Source of the DNA: an uncultured delta proteobacterium
Lineage (GTDB): Bacteria > Myxococcota_A > UBA9160 > SMWR01
Reading direction: 5' to 3'
NCBI GenBank assembly: GCA_963832165.1
Contig: CAWHTE010000011.1
Location: forward strand, 288,001 to 352,000
Length of the DNA stretch: 64,000 nt
The notes under the pieces are model-generated. The model did not search any database and was not told the DNA's origin. It worked only from the letters and a program-made list of their open reading frames with translations. Shown here piece after piece: positions 1 to 9,749 of the stretch (position 1 is its first letter; every line of letters starts with the position of its first letter). The translations under genes were made by a program, and so were the position numbers.

Positions 1-1215
1 TTCCGCCGCCGCTGGGACGCCGCGGGCTTCCACCCCGATCAGCTGAAGTCGCTCGACGACCTCTGGCGCGCGCCGCGCTATCGCGTCGACGATCTGCGCA
101 AGAGCATCGAGGAGCACCCGCCGCTCGGCGACTATCAGGGCGCCTCGCTCGAGCGCGCGGCCGAGGAGCCGCTGCGCATCTTCATGTCCGGCGCGACGAC
201 CGGGTCGCCGAGGCCGACTCTGTACACGCAGTGGGACCGCGAGGCCGGCGCGATCCTGATGGCGCGCGCTCTCTACCTGCAGGGCGTACGCCCGGGCGAC
301 GTGGTGGTGAACGCGTGGGCCTACTCGACCCACAACGGTGCGTTCGCGTTCGACGAGGCGCTGCACAAGTGGCTCGGCTGCGTGGTGATCACGACCGGCA
401 CGGGCAACGTCACGAGCAGCCGGCGGCAGGTGGAGCTCGCGCACCAGTACCGCGCCACCGCGATCCTCACGACCGGCGACTATCTGCTGCACCTCGCCGA
501 GGTGGCGCGCGAGATGGGCCTCGACCCGAAGAAGGACTTCAACCTGAAGGCACTGCCGAACATCGGCGACCGCGCGGCGCTCGAGGAGACCTGGGGGGTC
601 CCGAACTACCAGTCCTACGGCTTTCACGAGGTCCAGTGGGTGTCGGTGGAGTGCCCCGCGCGTCAGGGGCTCCACATCTTCGAGGACGCATTCGTGGTGC
701 AGATCGTCGATCCGGAGTCCGACTCTCCCGTTCCGGACGGCGAGCCGGGCTGTCTCTGCGTCACCGAGATCTACAAGACCGGGAGTCCGCAGTTCCGCTA
801 CGACATCCAGGACCTCTCGTTCCTGTACCCGCGCGAGCAATGCGCGTGCGGGAGCTGGCTGCGGCGCATGGGGCCGTTCGCGGGCCGCGCCGACAACATG
901 GTGAAGCTGCGCGGCGTGAACGTGTGGCCCGAGGCGATCGGCGAGATTGCGCTGGCCGATCCCGCGTTCGAGCGCGACTACTTCGTGCGCGCGCTGCGTG
1001 AGGGGAACCGCGACGAGATGGTCGTGCACGTGGTGACGCGCGCGTCGACCGAGCGCCACGCGGCGCTGCGCGCTGCGGCCGAGGAGCGCCTCAAGGAGCG
1101 CCTCGGCGTTCGGATTTCCGTCGAGCTCGCCGGCCCCGGCGAGCTCGACGCCTGGACGGAGCTGCATACCTCTCCGAAGCCGAAGCGCTTCCGCGACGAG
1201 CGCGGAAAGATCTAG
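1..1215 (+). CDS. Phenylacetate-CoA ligase-like (PaaK/AMP-binding family) protein, 5' truncated by window edge
   Basis: SGATTGSP adenylation loop, YGFHE, GRADNMVKLRGVNVWP motif; frame open to window start. Confidence 0.8.
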   Translation, partial: FRRRWDAAGFHPDQLKSLDDLWRAPRYRVDDLRKSIEEHPPLGDYQGASLERAAEEPLRIFMSGATTGSPRPTLYTQWDREAGAILMARALYLQGVRPGDVVVNAWAYSTHNGAFAFDEALHKWLGCVVITTGTGNVTSSRRQVELAHQYRATAILTTGDYLLHLAEVAREMGLDPKKDFNLKALPNIGDRAALEETWGVPNYQSYGFHEVQWVSVECPARQGLHIFEDAFVVQIVDPESDSPVPDGEPGCLCVTEIYKTGSPQFRYDIQDLSFLYPREQCACGSWLRRMGPFAGRADNMVKLRGVNVWPEAIGEIALADPAFERDYFVRALREGNRDEMVVHVVTRASTERHAALRAAAEERLKERLGVRISVELAGPGELDAWTELHTSPKPKRFRDERGKI

Positions 1216-1217
1216 TC

Positions 1218-2081
1218 ATGGGCGCCGTCGACTACTGGTGCAACGCTTTCACGCCGGAGTACCGCGCGCTCTGGGACGCCGCGATCGGAGAGCAGGATCT
1301 CTCGGTGCGCGTGCGGCGCGACCCGGAGGACAGCTTCGCCGAGCCCGCCGAGTTCCTCGCGCGCATGGACGCGCTCGGCTTCGACACAGTGCTCTTGCCG
1401 TCGGCGGAGGTGTCGCCCGAGGCGGGCCGGTTCGCCTACGAGCGCTATGCGACCCCGCCCGAGCAGCTGAGCAAGTTGGCCGCTGCGCATCCGGGCCGAT
1501 TTGCGGGGCTTTGGACGATCGATCCGAGCGCAGGCCTTCCCGGTGTGCGGCGCGCGGCCGAGATGCTCGCGCAGCCTCACACGATCGGTCTGCTGCTCCA
1601 CACCCATAGCTGGGACCGCGCGTTCGACCACCGCGACCTCTATCCGTTCTACGCGCTCGCGGCCGAGCACGACGTGCCGGTCGTGATGCAGGCGGGCGCG
1701 TCGGGCGGACTGCTCCCGAGCGAGTGCGGTCGGCCGCTCGGAATCGATCGCCCCGCGATCTACTTCGGCGCGGTCCGCTTCGTGCTCTCGCACCTGGGCT
1801 GGCCGTGGACCGGCGAGGCGATCGCGATGGCGCACAAACACGCGAACGTGTACCTCGGCACCGCGGCGTGGCCGCCGCATCGCTGGCCCGCCGAGCTGGT
1901 CGACTTCATCGTGGGAGCGGGGCAGGGCAAGACCGTGTTCGGGACCGGCTTTCCCGTGACCGGCCACCGCAAGGCGCTCGCAAAGCTCGCGGAGCTTCCG
2001 CTCTCCGACGCCGTGCGCGCCGAGCTATGCGGTGGCGCGGCGCGCCGCGCGTTCACGCGTCTTGCGCATCCCGAGGAGTAG
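1218..2081 (+). CDS. Amidohydrolase_2 family protein
   Basis: LYPFYALAAEHDVPVVMQAG, VLSHLGWPW, VFGTGFP motifs. Confidence 0.75.
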   Translation: MGAVDYWCNAFTPEYRALWDAAIGEQDLSVRVRRDPEDSFAEPAEFLARMDALGFDTVLLPSAEVSPEAGRFAYERYATPPEQLSKLAAAHPGRFAGLWTIDPSAGLPGVRRAAEMLAQPHTIGLLLHTHSWDRAFDHRDLYPFYALAAEHDVPVVMQAGASGGLLPSECGRPLGIDRPAIYFGAVRFVLSHLGWPWTGEAIAMAHKHANVYLGTAAWPPHRWPAELVDFIVGAGQGKTVFGTGFPVTGHRKALAKLAELPLSDAVRAELCGGAARRAFTRLAHPEE

Positions 2082-2083
2082 TC

Positions 2084-2488
2084 ATGCCGACCCCCGAGCC
2101 GCCGAGCGTGTTCCACTTCGAGAAGCTGGCGTGGGACGACCCGACCTCTGCACTCGACCCGAACGCGCCCGGCATGCGCGACCTCGCGCGCACGGCGCGT
2201 GCGAGCGGCGCGCGCCGCAAGAAGATCGTGCGCGGCGAGTGTGGCTTTTTCATGAACCGCTCGGTGATGCCTGCGAACTTCCGCGTCCCGCCGCATCACC
2301 ACGACCACGACGAGCTCCTCGTCGTGCTCGCGGGCGGCTGCTCGTTCGACGACGGCCTCGCCGAGCTCGGCCCGGGCGACTCGATCGTGATCCACGCCGA
2401 CACGCACTACGGCTTCACCTGCGGCGGCGAGGGAATGGATTTCCTGACGATCCGTACCGGCGAGGCGCGCGTGACGATCGGCGGTTAA
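2084..2488 (+). CDS. Cupin domain protein
   Basis: PPHHHDHDE...GDSIVIHADTHYG cupin motifs; ATG 2 nt after upstream stop. Confidence 0.75.
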   Translation: MPTPEPPSVFHFEKLAWDDPTSALDPNAPGMRDLARTARASGARRKKIVRGECGFFMNRSVMPANFRVPPHHHDHDELLVVLAGGCSFDDGLAELGPGDSIVIHADTHYGFTCGGEGMDFLTIRTGEARVTIGG

Positions 2489-2514
2489 CGCGAACCGCGA
2501 TGCCTCGAGCCGAG

Positions 2515-3504
2515 CTATTCGGCAGCGTCTCGTCGGATCACGCGTTCGAACTCGTCGAGGGCAAGCGTCTCGTCGAAACGCCCGTCGCGGTCGCGGTCGT
2601 ACTGTTCCTGAACGCGACGGCCGTTCTCGTACACCGCGCGCTTGTCGATGATCGCATCGTTCGCGAAGGACCAGGTCCGCTCCTTGACATTGAATCCCGC
2701 GAACTCGCCCCATTCGTCCCGCGTACCGTCACCGTCGTTGTCGGAAGAGTACGAGCGGGGCCGGCCCTGCTCGTAGTCCTCCCAATGGTCCGCGCCTCCA
2801 TCGAAATTGGTGTCGTACCGCGCCGTTGCGATCTCCTCCGCCTTATTGAGCTCGTTCCAGCGGTCGGGCGATCCGTCCAGGTTCTCATCGTACGAGGACT
2901 CCACCATCACTCCGTCTGCCCCGTAGCGGGCCCATGCATCGGGTCGTCCATCGCGATTTCTGTCCCAGCTCGCCGGTCGACTTGCTTGCGGAGTCGACGC
3001 TTCTGTCTGCGGGGCCGGTTCCTTCCAGTACACCGTCGCAGCGAGCCCTCCGAGAATCACGCCCAGCAGGAAGGACGGCATCCGGCTCGCTCCACGCGAC
3101 GCGCTCTTCGCCTCGTCCTCGTCGTGCGCGACCCGACGCGTGGCGTGTTCACTGGTGATCAGCCCCCGCGCCCGCTCCACATGCTCCGGTGCAACCTGCA
3201 CGCGCATGGAGGGCATGGTGGGCGGCAGCTCGCCCAGGGCTCCCTGGAGCGGCTCCCCGGCAACGTGCGCCGCGATGTCGTCCTGCTCGAGCAGCGACCG
3301 GATCAGGTGCGCCTGGATGCGATCCGACGTCTCGTAGACGGTCTCGAGCTCGCGGTAGGTCGGCCGCGGCTTCGGTGGGGCCTCGCCGTGGCGCAACCGA
3401 CTACCGCAGTGCGAGCAGACCTCGATGGTGTCGAGGAACTCCGCGACGAAACCGGTGCATTCGGCGTTCGGGCAGTGTCTCACGGTCTCGCACAGCCTAA
3501 CCAA
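2515..3504 (-). CDS. Membrane protein: Zn-ribbon-like N-terminus, DUF2007-like domain, one TM helix, DxNxDG repeats
   Basis: CPNAEC...CSHC; AHLIRSLLEQDDI...VQVAPEHVERAR; hydrophobic segment; repeated DRNRDG/DENLDG/DTNFDG. Confidence 0.6.
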   Translation of the reverse strand: MVRLCETVRHCPNAECTGFVAEFLDTIEVCSHCGSRLRHGEAPPKPRPTYRELETVYETSDRIQAHLIRSLLEQDDIAAHVAGEPLQGALGELPPTMPSMRVQVAPEHVERARGLITSEHATRRVAHDEDEAKSASRGASRMPSFLLGVILGGLAATVYWKEPAPQTEASTPQASRPASWDRNRDGRPDAWARYGADGVMVESSYDENLDGSPDRWNELNKAEEIATARYDTNFDGGADHWEDYEQGRPRSYSSDNDGDGTRDEWGEFAGFNVKERTWSFANDAIIDKRAVYENGRRVQEQYDRDRDGRFDETLALDEFERVIRRDAAE

Positions 3505-3512
3505 TCACGGCG

Positions 3513-4584
3513 TCAACCCGCGAGATCGGCGTCGCTGAACTGATAGGCGGTCTTGAGCTCGGCGTCGCGCTTCGCGAGCAGCTTCGCGAGCGCCACCATC
3601 ACGTGGCACTGCTTCACGGTGGCGTCGTCCTGCATCTTGCCTTCGATCATCACGCAGCCGGAGCCATCGCCCATCTGCGAGATCACCTTCTTCGCCCAGA
3701 GCACCTCGTCGACGGGCGGGCTGAACACCTTCTTCGCGATCGCGACCTGCGACGGGTGCAGGCTCCACGCGCCGACGCAGCCGAGCAGGAACGCCGCGCG
3801 GAACTGGTCCTCGCACGCGAGCGGATCGTCGATCGCGCCGAACGGGCCGTAGTAGGGATAGATGCCGTGCGCGGTGCACGCGTCGACCATGCGCGCGAGC
3901 GTGTAGTGCCACGGGTCCTGCTGCGCGGTGACGCGCGGCGCGTCGGCGTTCTTCGGATCCGGGTCGGTGCGCACGAGGTACTGCGGATGACCGCCTCCGA
4001 CGCGCGTGGTCTTCATGCGCCGGCTCGCGGCGAGGTCCGCGGGACCGAACGAGAGACCCTGCATGCGCGGGCTCGCGCCGCAGATCTCCTCGACGTTGAT
4101 CACGCCCTGGTGCGTCTCGAGGATCGCGTGGATCAGGAGCGGCTTCGTGAGCCCGGCCTTCGCCTCGAGCTGCGCGAGCAGCTGGTCGACGTAGTGGATG
4201 TCCCAGGGGCCCTCGACCTTCGGGATCATGATCACGTCGAGCACGTCGCCGATCTCCCCCACCAGGGTCGTGAGGTCGTCGAGCAGCCACGGGCTGTCGA
4301 GCGAGTTGACGCGCGTCCAGAGCTGACAGTCGCCGAAGTCGACCGTGCGGCCGACCTTCGCGAGGCCCTCGCGCGCGGCGACCTTGTTGTCGGTCTGGAT
4401 CGCGTCCTCGAGGTTGCCCAGCAAGCACGTCGCACTGCTTCGCGAGATCCGGGAGCTTGGCGACCATCTTCGGATTCGAGGCGTCGAAGAAGTGGATCAT
4501 GCGCGACGGACGGAACGGGATCTCGCGCAGCGGCGTCGGGGCGCCGATCGCCTTGGGCCGGAAGAAATCCTTGGCGCTGCGCAT
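3513..4584 (-). CDS. mcl: CitE-family CoA-ester lyase, malyl-CoA/(S)-citramalyl-CoA lyase-like (frameshift near 4425)
   Basis: PSRMIHFF N-terminus in one frame; [54 protein letters not shown] in the next. Confidence 0.75.
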
Positions 4585-4586
4585 GG

Positions 4587-4812
4587 TCACCCCTGCTCGT
4601 ACAGCTTGATGACCTGAACCGCACCCGGAGGCGCGGCCTGGATGCACAGGTCGCACAGCGTGCACTCGTCGAGATTCTCCTCGACGATCCTCACGCCGCT
4701 GGTCGTCGCCTCGAAGATGTCGACGGGGCACGCCTCCTCGAGCTTCTTCGCGAGCGCAGCATCGGCCGCGTGAGCTCGGCGAGACGGCGACGTCGATGAA
4801 CAGTCCGGGCAT
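4587..4812 (-). CDS. Small [4Fe-4S] ferredoxin-like protein (frameshift near 4775; missed by ORF track)
   Basis: Manual translation MPGLFIDVAVSP.../AADAALAKKLEEACPVDIF...NLDECTLCDLCIQAAPPGAVQVIKLYEQG*. Confidence 0.7.
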
Positions 4813-5725
4813 CAGCGGGCCTTCGCCGCGTCAGCCGCTTGCGCAGCAGCGCCGGGATCTCCTCGATCCGCTCCGCGACCGAGATCCCGGCTGCCTCCAT
4901 GCGCGCGATCTTCTCGCTCGTCGTGTCTTCCTTGCCCTCGACGATCGTGCCCGCGTGGCCGAAGCGCATGCCCTTCATCTCGTCCATGAAGCGCCCGGCC
5001 ATGAACGCGACGATCGGCAGCCGCGAGCGGTGCTCTGCGACCCACTCGGCGAGCTCGGCTTCCATGCGTCCGCCGGGCTCGGAGTAGATCGCGATCGCGC
5101 GCGTCTCGGGGTCGGCCTCGTAGAGCGGCATCAGCTCGGCGTAGGTCGTGCCCACGATCGCATCGCCGCCGATCGACACACAGGTGGATTGGCCGAGTCC
5201 GGCCGCGGTGAGCGTGCTCGCGATCTCCGTGGTCATGCCGCCCGAGCGCGACATCACGCCGATCGGACCCTTCGAGTAGGCCTGGCGCGTGTTGGCCGCG
5301 GGTCCGCCGACGCCGCCCATCTTCGCCTCGCCCGGCGAGATGATGCCGAGGCAGTTCGGGCCGATGATGCGCGCACCGCGCAGCGCCGCGAGCTCGACCA
5401 TCTGCGCCACTTCCCTGCGCGGAATGTTCTCGGTGACGATCACGATCAGCTTCACGCCGTTCTCGAGCGCTTCGAACGCGGCGTCGCGCACGAAGTTCGG
5501 CGGCACCGAGATGATCGAGCCTTCGACCGCGCCGTGCTTGGCCACCACGTCGCGCACCGAGTCGTAGACGGGCACGCCGTAGATGTCGCGACCCGCGCGG
5601 CCCGGCGTGACGCCGCCGACGATCTTCGCACCGTAGTCCAGGTTTTCGCGCGTGAGATTCACGGCCTCGCGGCCCGTGATGCCCTGCACGATGAAGCGCG
5701 TGTCCTTCGAGATCAGGATCGTCAC
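4812..5725 (-). CDS. ADP-forming acyl-CoA ligase alpha subunit (SucD/MtkB/CcsB family); apparent frameshift at the C-terminus
   Basis: VQGITG, IIGPNCLG, SRSGGMTTE, FGHAG phospho-His motif. Confidence 0.85.
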
Positions 5726-6930
5726 GCGCGGGCTCCGAACGCCGCGACCGCGCGGCCCGCCGCCTCGTACATCGACACGCTGCGGTCGCAGTAGGGCACG
5801 CCGTACTTCGCGAGGATCTTGAAGCCGTCATTCTCCCAGGAGCCCGGGATCCGGAAGATCGCGATCGCCTGCGCGGGATCGCGGCCCATCTCGATGCAAC
5901 CCTTGATCACGCCGCGCGCGACGATGTCCACGCGCGTGTTCGAGACCACGTTCATCATCACGGCGATCTTCTCGACGCCGGGCTTGGCGAGGATCAGCTT
6001 CGTGAGCTCGCATACCTTCTTCACCGACGGGTTGCCGCCGATCTCGCAGTAGTTGGCGGGCTTGCCCCCGTGCACGCGCACGGCGTCGAAGAGCGTGAGC
6101 GACCCGCCGCCCGCGCCGATCACGAGGCCGAGGTTGCCGTCGAACTCCACCACGTTGCCCGCGACGCCGCGGTGATCCGTCTCGTTCACCTTGCGCCCCG
6201 CGATCTCGAACGGGGTCGGGGGGCGCGCCTGGCGCGTCTCTTCCTCGCCGATCCCGAGCTCGGTCAGCAGCGCCGCGTGCTTGCCGCGCGCCTCGGCTTC
6301 GAGGTCGACGTGCCCATCGAGCACGATGAAGCGGCCGTCCTCGAGCTTTGCCAGCGGATTGATCTCGGCGAGCGTGAGGTCGTAGTCGAGGAAGAGCTGG
6401 ATCAGCTCGAACACGATCGGCGTGAGCCGGTTGAGCTCGTTGCCCGTGACGCCGACGGCGCCGACCGCTTCCTTCGCGATGCGCGGCGAGAGCGGCAGGA
6501 TCGTCGAGAAGTGGGTCTTCGAGACGTGGTCGGGGTGCTTCTCGGCGACCTCCTCGATGTCGATCCCGCCCATGTCGCTGAACAGCACGACGGGCTTCTT
6601 CGCGCGCCCGTCCCACGTCACCGATACGAAGTACTCCTGCGCGATCGCCGACTTCTCCTCGACGAGCACCGAGCGCGCGCGTTGACCATTGACGAGGATC
6701 GGCATGATCGCGTCGAAGTGCGCAGCCGCCTCGTCGGGCGAGCTCGCGAACTTCACGGCGCCCGCCTTCATGCGCCCGCCCGAGAGCACCTGGCTCTTGA
6801 GCACGACGGGCGTGCCGATCTCCTCGGCGGCAGCGCGCGCGCCGGCCGCGCTCATCGCGATCCGGCTCTTCGCGAGCGGCAGGCCGCGCTTTGCGAACAG
6901 CGCCTTCGATTCGTATTCGTAGAAACGCAT
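5722..6930 (-). CDS. ADP-forming acyl-CoA ligase beta subunit (SucC/MtkA/CcsA family, ATP-grasp)
   Basis: MRFYEYESK, KSQVLSGGRMKAG, GGIDIEE, EINPL, NYCEIGGNP. Confidence 0.85.
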   Translation of the reverse strand: MRFYEYESKALFAKRGLPLAKSRIAMSAAGARAAAEEIGTPVVLKSQVLSGGRMKAGAVKFASSPDEAAAHFDAIMPILVNGQRARSVLVEEKSAIAQEYFVSVTWDGRAKKPVVLFSDMGGIDIEEVAEKHPDHVSKTHFSTILPLSPRIAKEAVGAVGVTGNELNRLTPIVFELIQLFLDYDLTLAEINPLAKLEDGRFIVLDGHVDLEAEARGKHAALLTELGIGEEETRQARPPTPFEIAGRKVNETDHRGVAGNVVEFDGNLGLVIGAGGGSLTLFDAVRVHGGKPANYCEIGGNPSVKKVCELTKLILAKPGVEKIAVMMNVVSNTRVDIVARGVIKGCIEMGRDPAQAIAIFRIPGSWENDGFKILAKYGVPYCDRSVSMYEAAGRAVAAFGARA

Positions 6931-7031
6931 GGGGGGAGTTCTAAGTATGCGAACGCTAATGCGATTCGGGTCGTGTCGCAAGGCGCGCGCGCTCAAGCGC
7001 GCGCGGCGTCCGGTCGAGTAGCCTCGCGCTC

Positions 7032-7853
7032 ATGGCGTTCCGATCCCGGCTCCCGCTGCTCCTCGTCCTTGCGCTCCTGGCCTGTGCCGGATCGCCCGAC
7101 CGCGCGCCGTACTCGGTGATGGAGGGTGTCCGTTATGCGGGCGCCCACGACGCGCGCGAGGGTGACTTCTATCGCCCCGCCGGCGCCGGTCCGTGGCCCG
7201 CGGTGGTGCTGATCCACGGCGGAAGCTGGCAGCGGGGGTCGCGCGCCTACATGGAGAAGTACGCGCGCCGCTTCGTAGACGCGGGCTACGCCGTCTTCAA
7301 CGTCGACTATCGCCTCGCGCCCGGTCATCGATATCCGGCCCAGCTCGACGACGTACGCGCGGCGTTCGGCTGGCTCCACGCGCATGCGCGCTCACTCGGG
7401 GTCGAGCCGGATCGCATCGCGGTGATGGGTTATTCGGCCGGCGCGCACCTCGCGCTGCTCCTCGGCTTCAGCGACGCCGCAGGCGCGCCGCGGCCGCGCG
7501 CCGTGGTGGCGGGCGCGGCCCCGTCCGATCTGACCGGTTATCCGGACAGTTCCGTGCTCGCCGCGCTGATCGGCGGGACGGGCTTCGAGCTTCCTGATGT
7601 GTACGCCGAGGCGTCGCCGATCTTCCACGTCTCGTCCGACGATCCGCCCGTGCTGCTCTACCACGGAGCGCTCGATTGGATCGTGGACGTGGAGCAGTCG
7701 CGCCGGCTCCAGGCGAAGCTGCACGCCGTGGGCGTCACGGCGGAGCTGTTCGAGGAGCCGTGGGCCGGGCACGGGACCGCGTTCCTGATCGACGCCGACT
7801 CGTTCCGCGCCGCGCTCGCGTTCCTGGCGGAGCAGATGCCGCCAGGTCCCTAG
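7032..7853 (+). CDS. Exported alpha/beta hydrolase (lipoprotein-like signal)
   Basis: LLAC lipobox-like, IHGGSW, GYSAG nucleophile elbow, C-terminal Asp/His. Confidence 0.8.
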   Translation: MAFRSRLPLLLVLALLACAGSPDRAPYSVMEGVRYAGAHDAREGDFYRPAGAGPWPAVVLIHGGSWQRGSRAYMEKYARRFVDAGYAVFNVDYRLAPGHRYPAQLDDVRAAFGWLHAHARSLGVEPDRIAVMGYSAGAHLALLLGFSDAAGAPRPRAVVAGAAPSDLTGYPDSSVLAALIGGTGFELPDVYAEASPIFHVSSDDPPVLLYHGALDWIVDVEQSRRLQAKLHAVGVTAELFEEPWAGHGTAFLIDADSFRAALAFLAEQMPPGP

Positions 7854-8958
7854 GCGTAGTGGCTGCGCCGCTTCACCGCGATCCGGCGCTCGAGCTCGAA
7901 GATCGGCACTTTCTTCCAGCCCGCCGGCGCGTCGGCGCTCGCGGGCGCGCCCTCGGCCTTCGAGAACTTGTGGCCGTAGAGCATCGCTTCGACCACGCCG
8001 AGATCGGGGCGGCCCGGGAAGTCGCGCACCGCGCGGATCTCGGTGGCCGCGAACACCGTGTCGCCCGCGAACAGCGGCGCCGTGTGGCGCCCCGTCGGAT
8101 AGGCGATGTCGCCGAGCGCGTTGTCGCCGACGTCGGGTGACGAGAGCCCGAGGCACAGCGTGAACGGGATGCCGCCGAACACGATCAGCTGGCCACCCAC
8201 GTAGCGCTCCGGGTCCTGGTCGATCATGAACTGGTTGCAGTGCACCTGACTCGTGTTGTCGAGCACCGCAGTGAGATGGATGTGCTCGCTCGTCATCGTG
8301 CGGCCGCGCGAGTGCTCGATGCGCGTGCCGGGCTCGAAGTCTTCGAAGTAGCTGTCGTGGCTCGAGAGGTGGGCCATCGACTTGTAGTCGGTCGACGGGT
8401 CGTAGGCCGGCAGCCAGAGCTCGCACTCGATCGCATCGGGCGCGGCCTCGCCCGGATGCAGCTCGGCCGCGGGGTCGCGCTTGAACACGTCCACTTTGCG
8501 CTGCCACGTCATCACGACTTCTTCCCGAGGGCCCGACGTTCTTGCGCGCGGTGGATTGCACGTGGACGATCCCGAGGTTCGGGATCCTTGCGGTGCGGAA
8601 CCACCGACAGGACCTTCGTCTCGACCTCGATCGTGTCGCCCACGTAGACGGGCGCACCGAAGCGCATGTCGACGTACTCGCGGTTCGTGCGCGCGTTCTC
8701 CGAGACGTCCTCGACGGTCTGGCTGAACGCCACGAGCATCGCGAGTCCGGGCGGCACCACGAGCCCTTCGAACCCGTACGCGCGCGCATAGCGCGCGTTC
8801 TTCGCGAGCGGGTTCGCGGTCATCGCGAACTCGGTGAAGGTCGTGAACAGGCCTTCGGTGATCGTCTTGCCGCCCTTGTGGCGGAACATCTGGCCCGGGC
8901 GGAAATCCTCGAGGAAGTTCCCGGTCAGCTTGCGGATCGTGCGTTGGGTGGAGGTCAC
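7850..8958 (-). CDS. Double-hotdog MaoC dehydratase, mesaconyl-CoA hydratase-like (frameshift(s) near 8520-8590)
   Basis: GNFLEDFRPGQ...SQTVEDVSENA...FGAPVYVGDT; second hotdog YFEDFEPGTRIEHSRGRT...HTAPLFAGDT. Confidence 0.7.
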
Positions 8959-8977
8959 GGGGCTGCCAATCTAGCAG

Positions 8978-9688
8978 CTAGCGGTCCCGGGCCGGACAGT
9001 CGTCGCCGAGAGGGCAACGCAGAACGCGCTGCCCGCGACACGCGAGCGCGCCGAGGCGCTCGAGCGCGGCCTCGACGTCGATCGGCGCGAGGTCGGGCGC
9101 GTGGTGCGCGCACGCCGCGCGCAGCGCCGCGGGCTCGCCCTCGAGGTCTTCGGATTCGGCGAGCAGGCCGAGGTCGATCGCAGCCGCGCGCGCGGACTCG
9201 GCCAAGGGCGCCTCGCGCGCGGCCGACCACACGTCGCGCAGCGGGCGCAGGAAACGCAGCACGGTGGCGCTTCCGAGCCCGGGCGAGAGCGCGGCGAGCT
9301 GGCCTCCCAGCGACTCGAGGCCGTCGGTCGGCGCGGCGAGCGCGTCGAGGTCGCCGCGGTGGCGCTCGCACAGCGACGTCGCGGCGCGACACAGCACGAC
9401 CGCCACCGCTTCGGGTCGAGGCAGGCCTCCCGCGCCCAGCGCCGCGGCCACCCGCGCCGGCCCGGCCGCTGCGAGCGAATCGGGCGCCGGGCCCGGGTCG
9501 CCGGCGAGGTGCGCGAACGCGGTGAGCGCGACCTCCTCTTTCACGCGTTCCGAGAGCAGCCGTGCGAGCACGAGCCAGCCCCAGCGATCGGCCCCGTCCG
9601 CGACGTCGAGACCCGCCCGCGCGGCGGGGTGCGGCCCGAGCTCCTCGTGCGCACGGCGAACGAGCTCACCGACGCGGCTCATAGCCAA
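8978..9688 (-). CDS. Hypothetical protein, possible degenerate HhH/endonuclease III-like fold
   Basis: PGLGSATVLRFLRPLRDVW segment and C-terminal C-x6-C-x5-C; weak similarity only. Confidence 0.35.
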   Translation of the reverse strand: MAMSRVGELVRRAHEELGPHPAARAGLDVADGADRWGWLVLARLLSERVKEEVALTAFAHLAGDPGPAPDSLAAAGPARVAAALGAGGLPRPEAVAVVLCRAATSLCERHRGDLDALAAPTDGLESLGGQLAALSPGLGSATVLRFLRPLRDVWSAAREAPLAESARAAAIDLGLLAESEDLEGEPAALRAACAHHAPDLAPIDVEAALERLGALACRGQRVLRCPLGDDCPARDR

Positions 9689-9749
9689 AGGCCTTCGCCG
9701 CGTGCTACAACGATCGGCCGTTCCCCGTTTTGCCGACAGGACCCACCCA

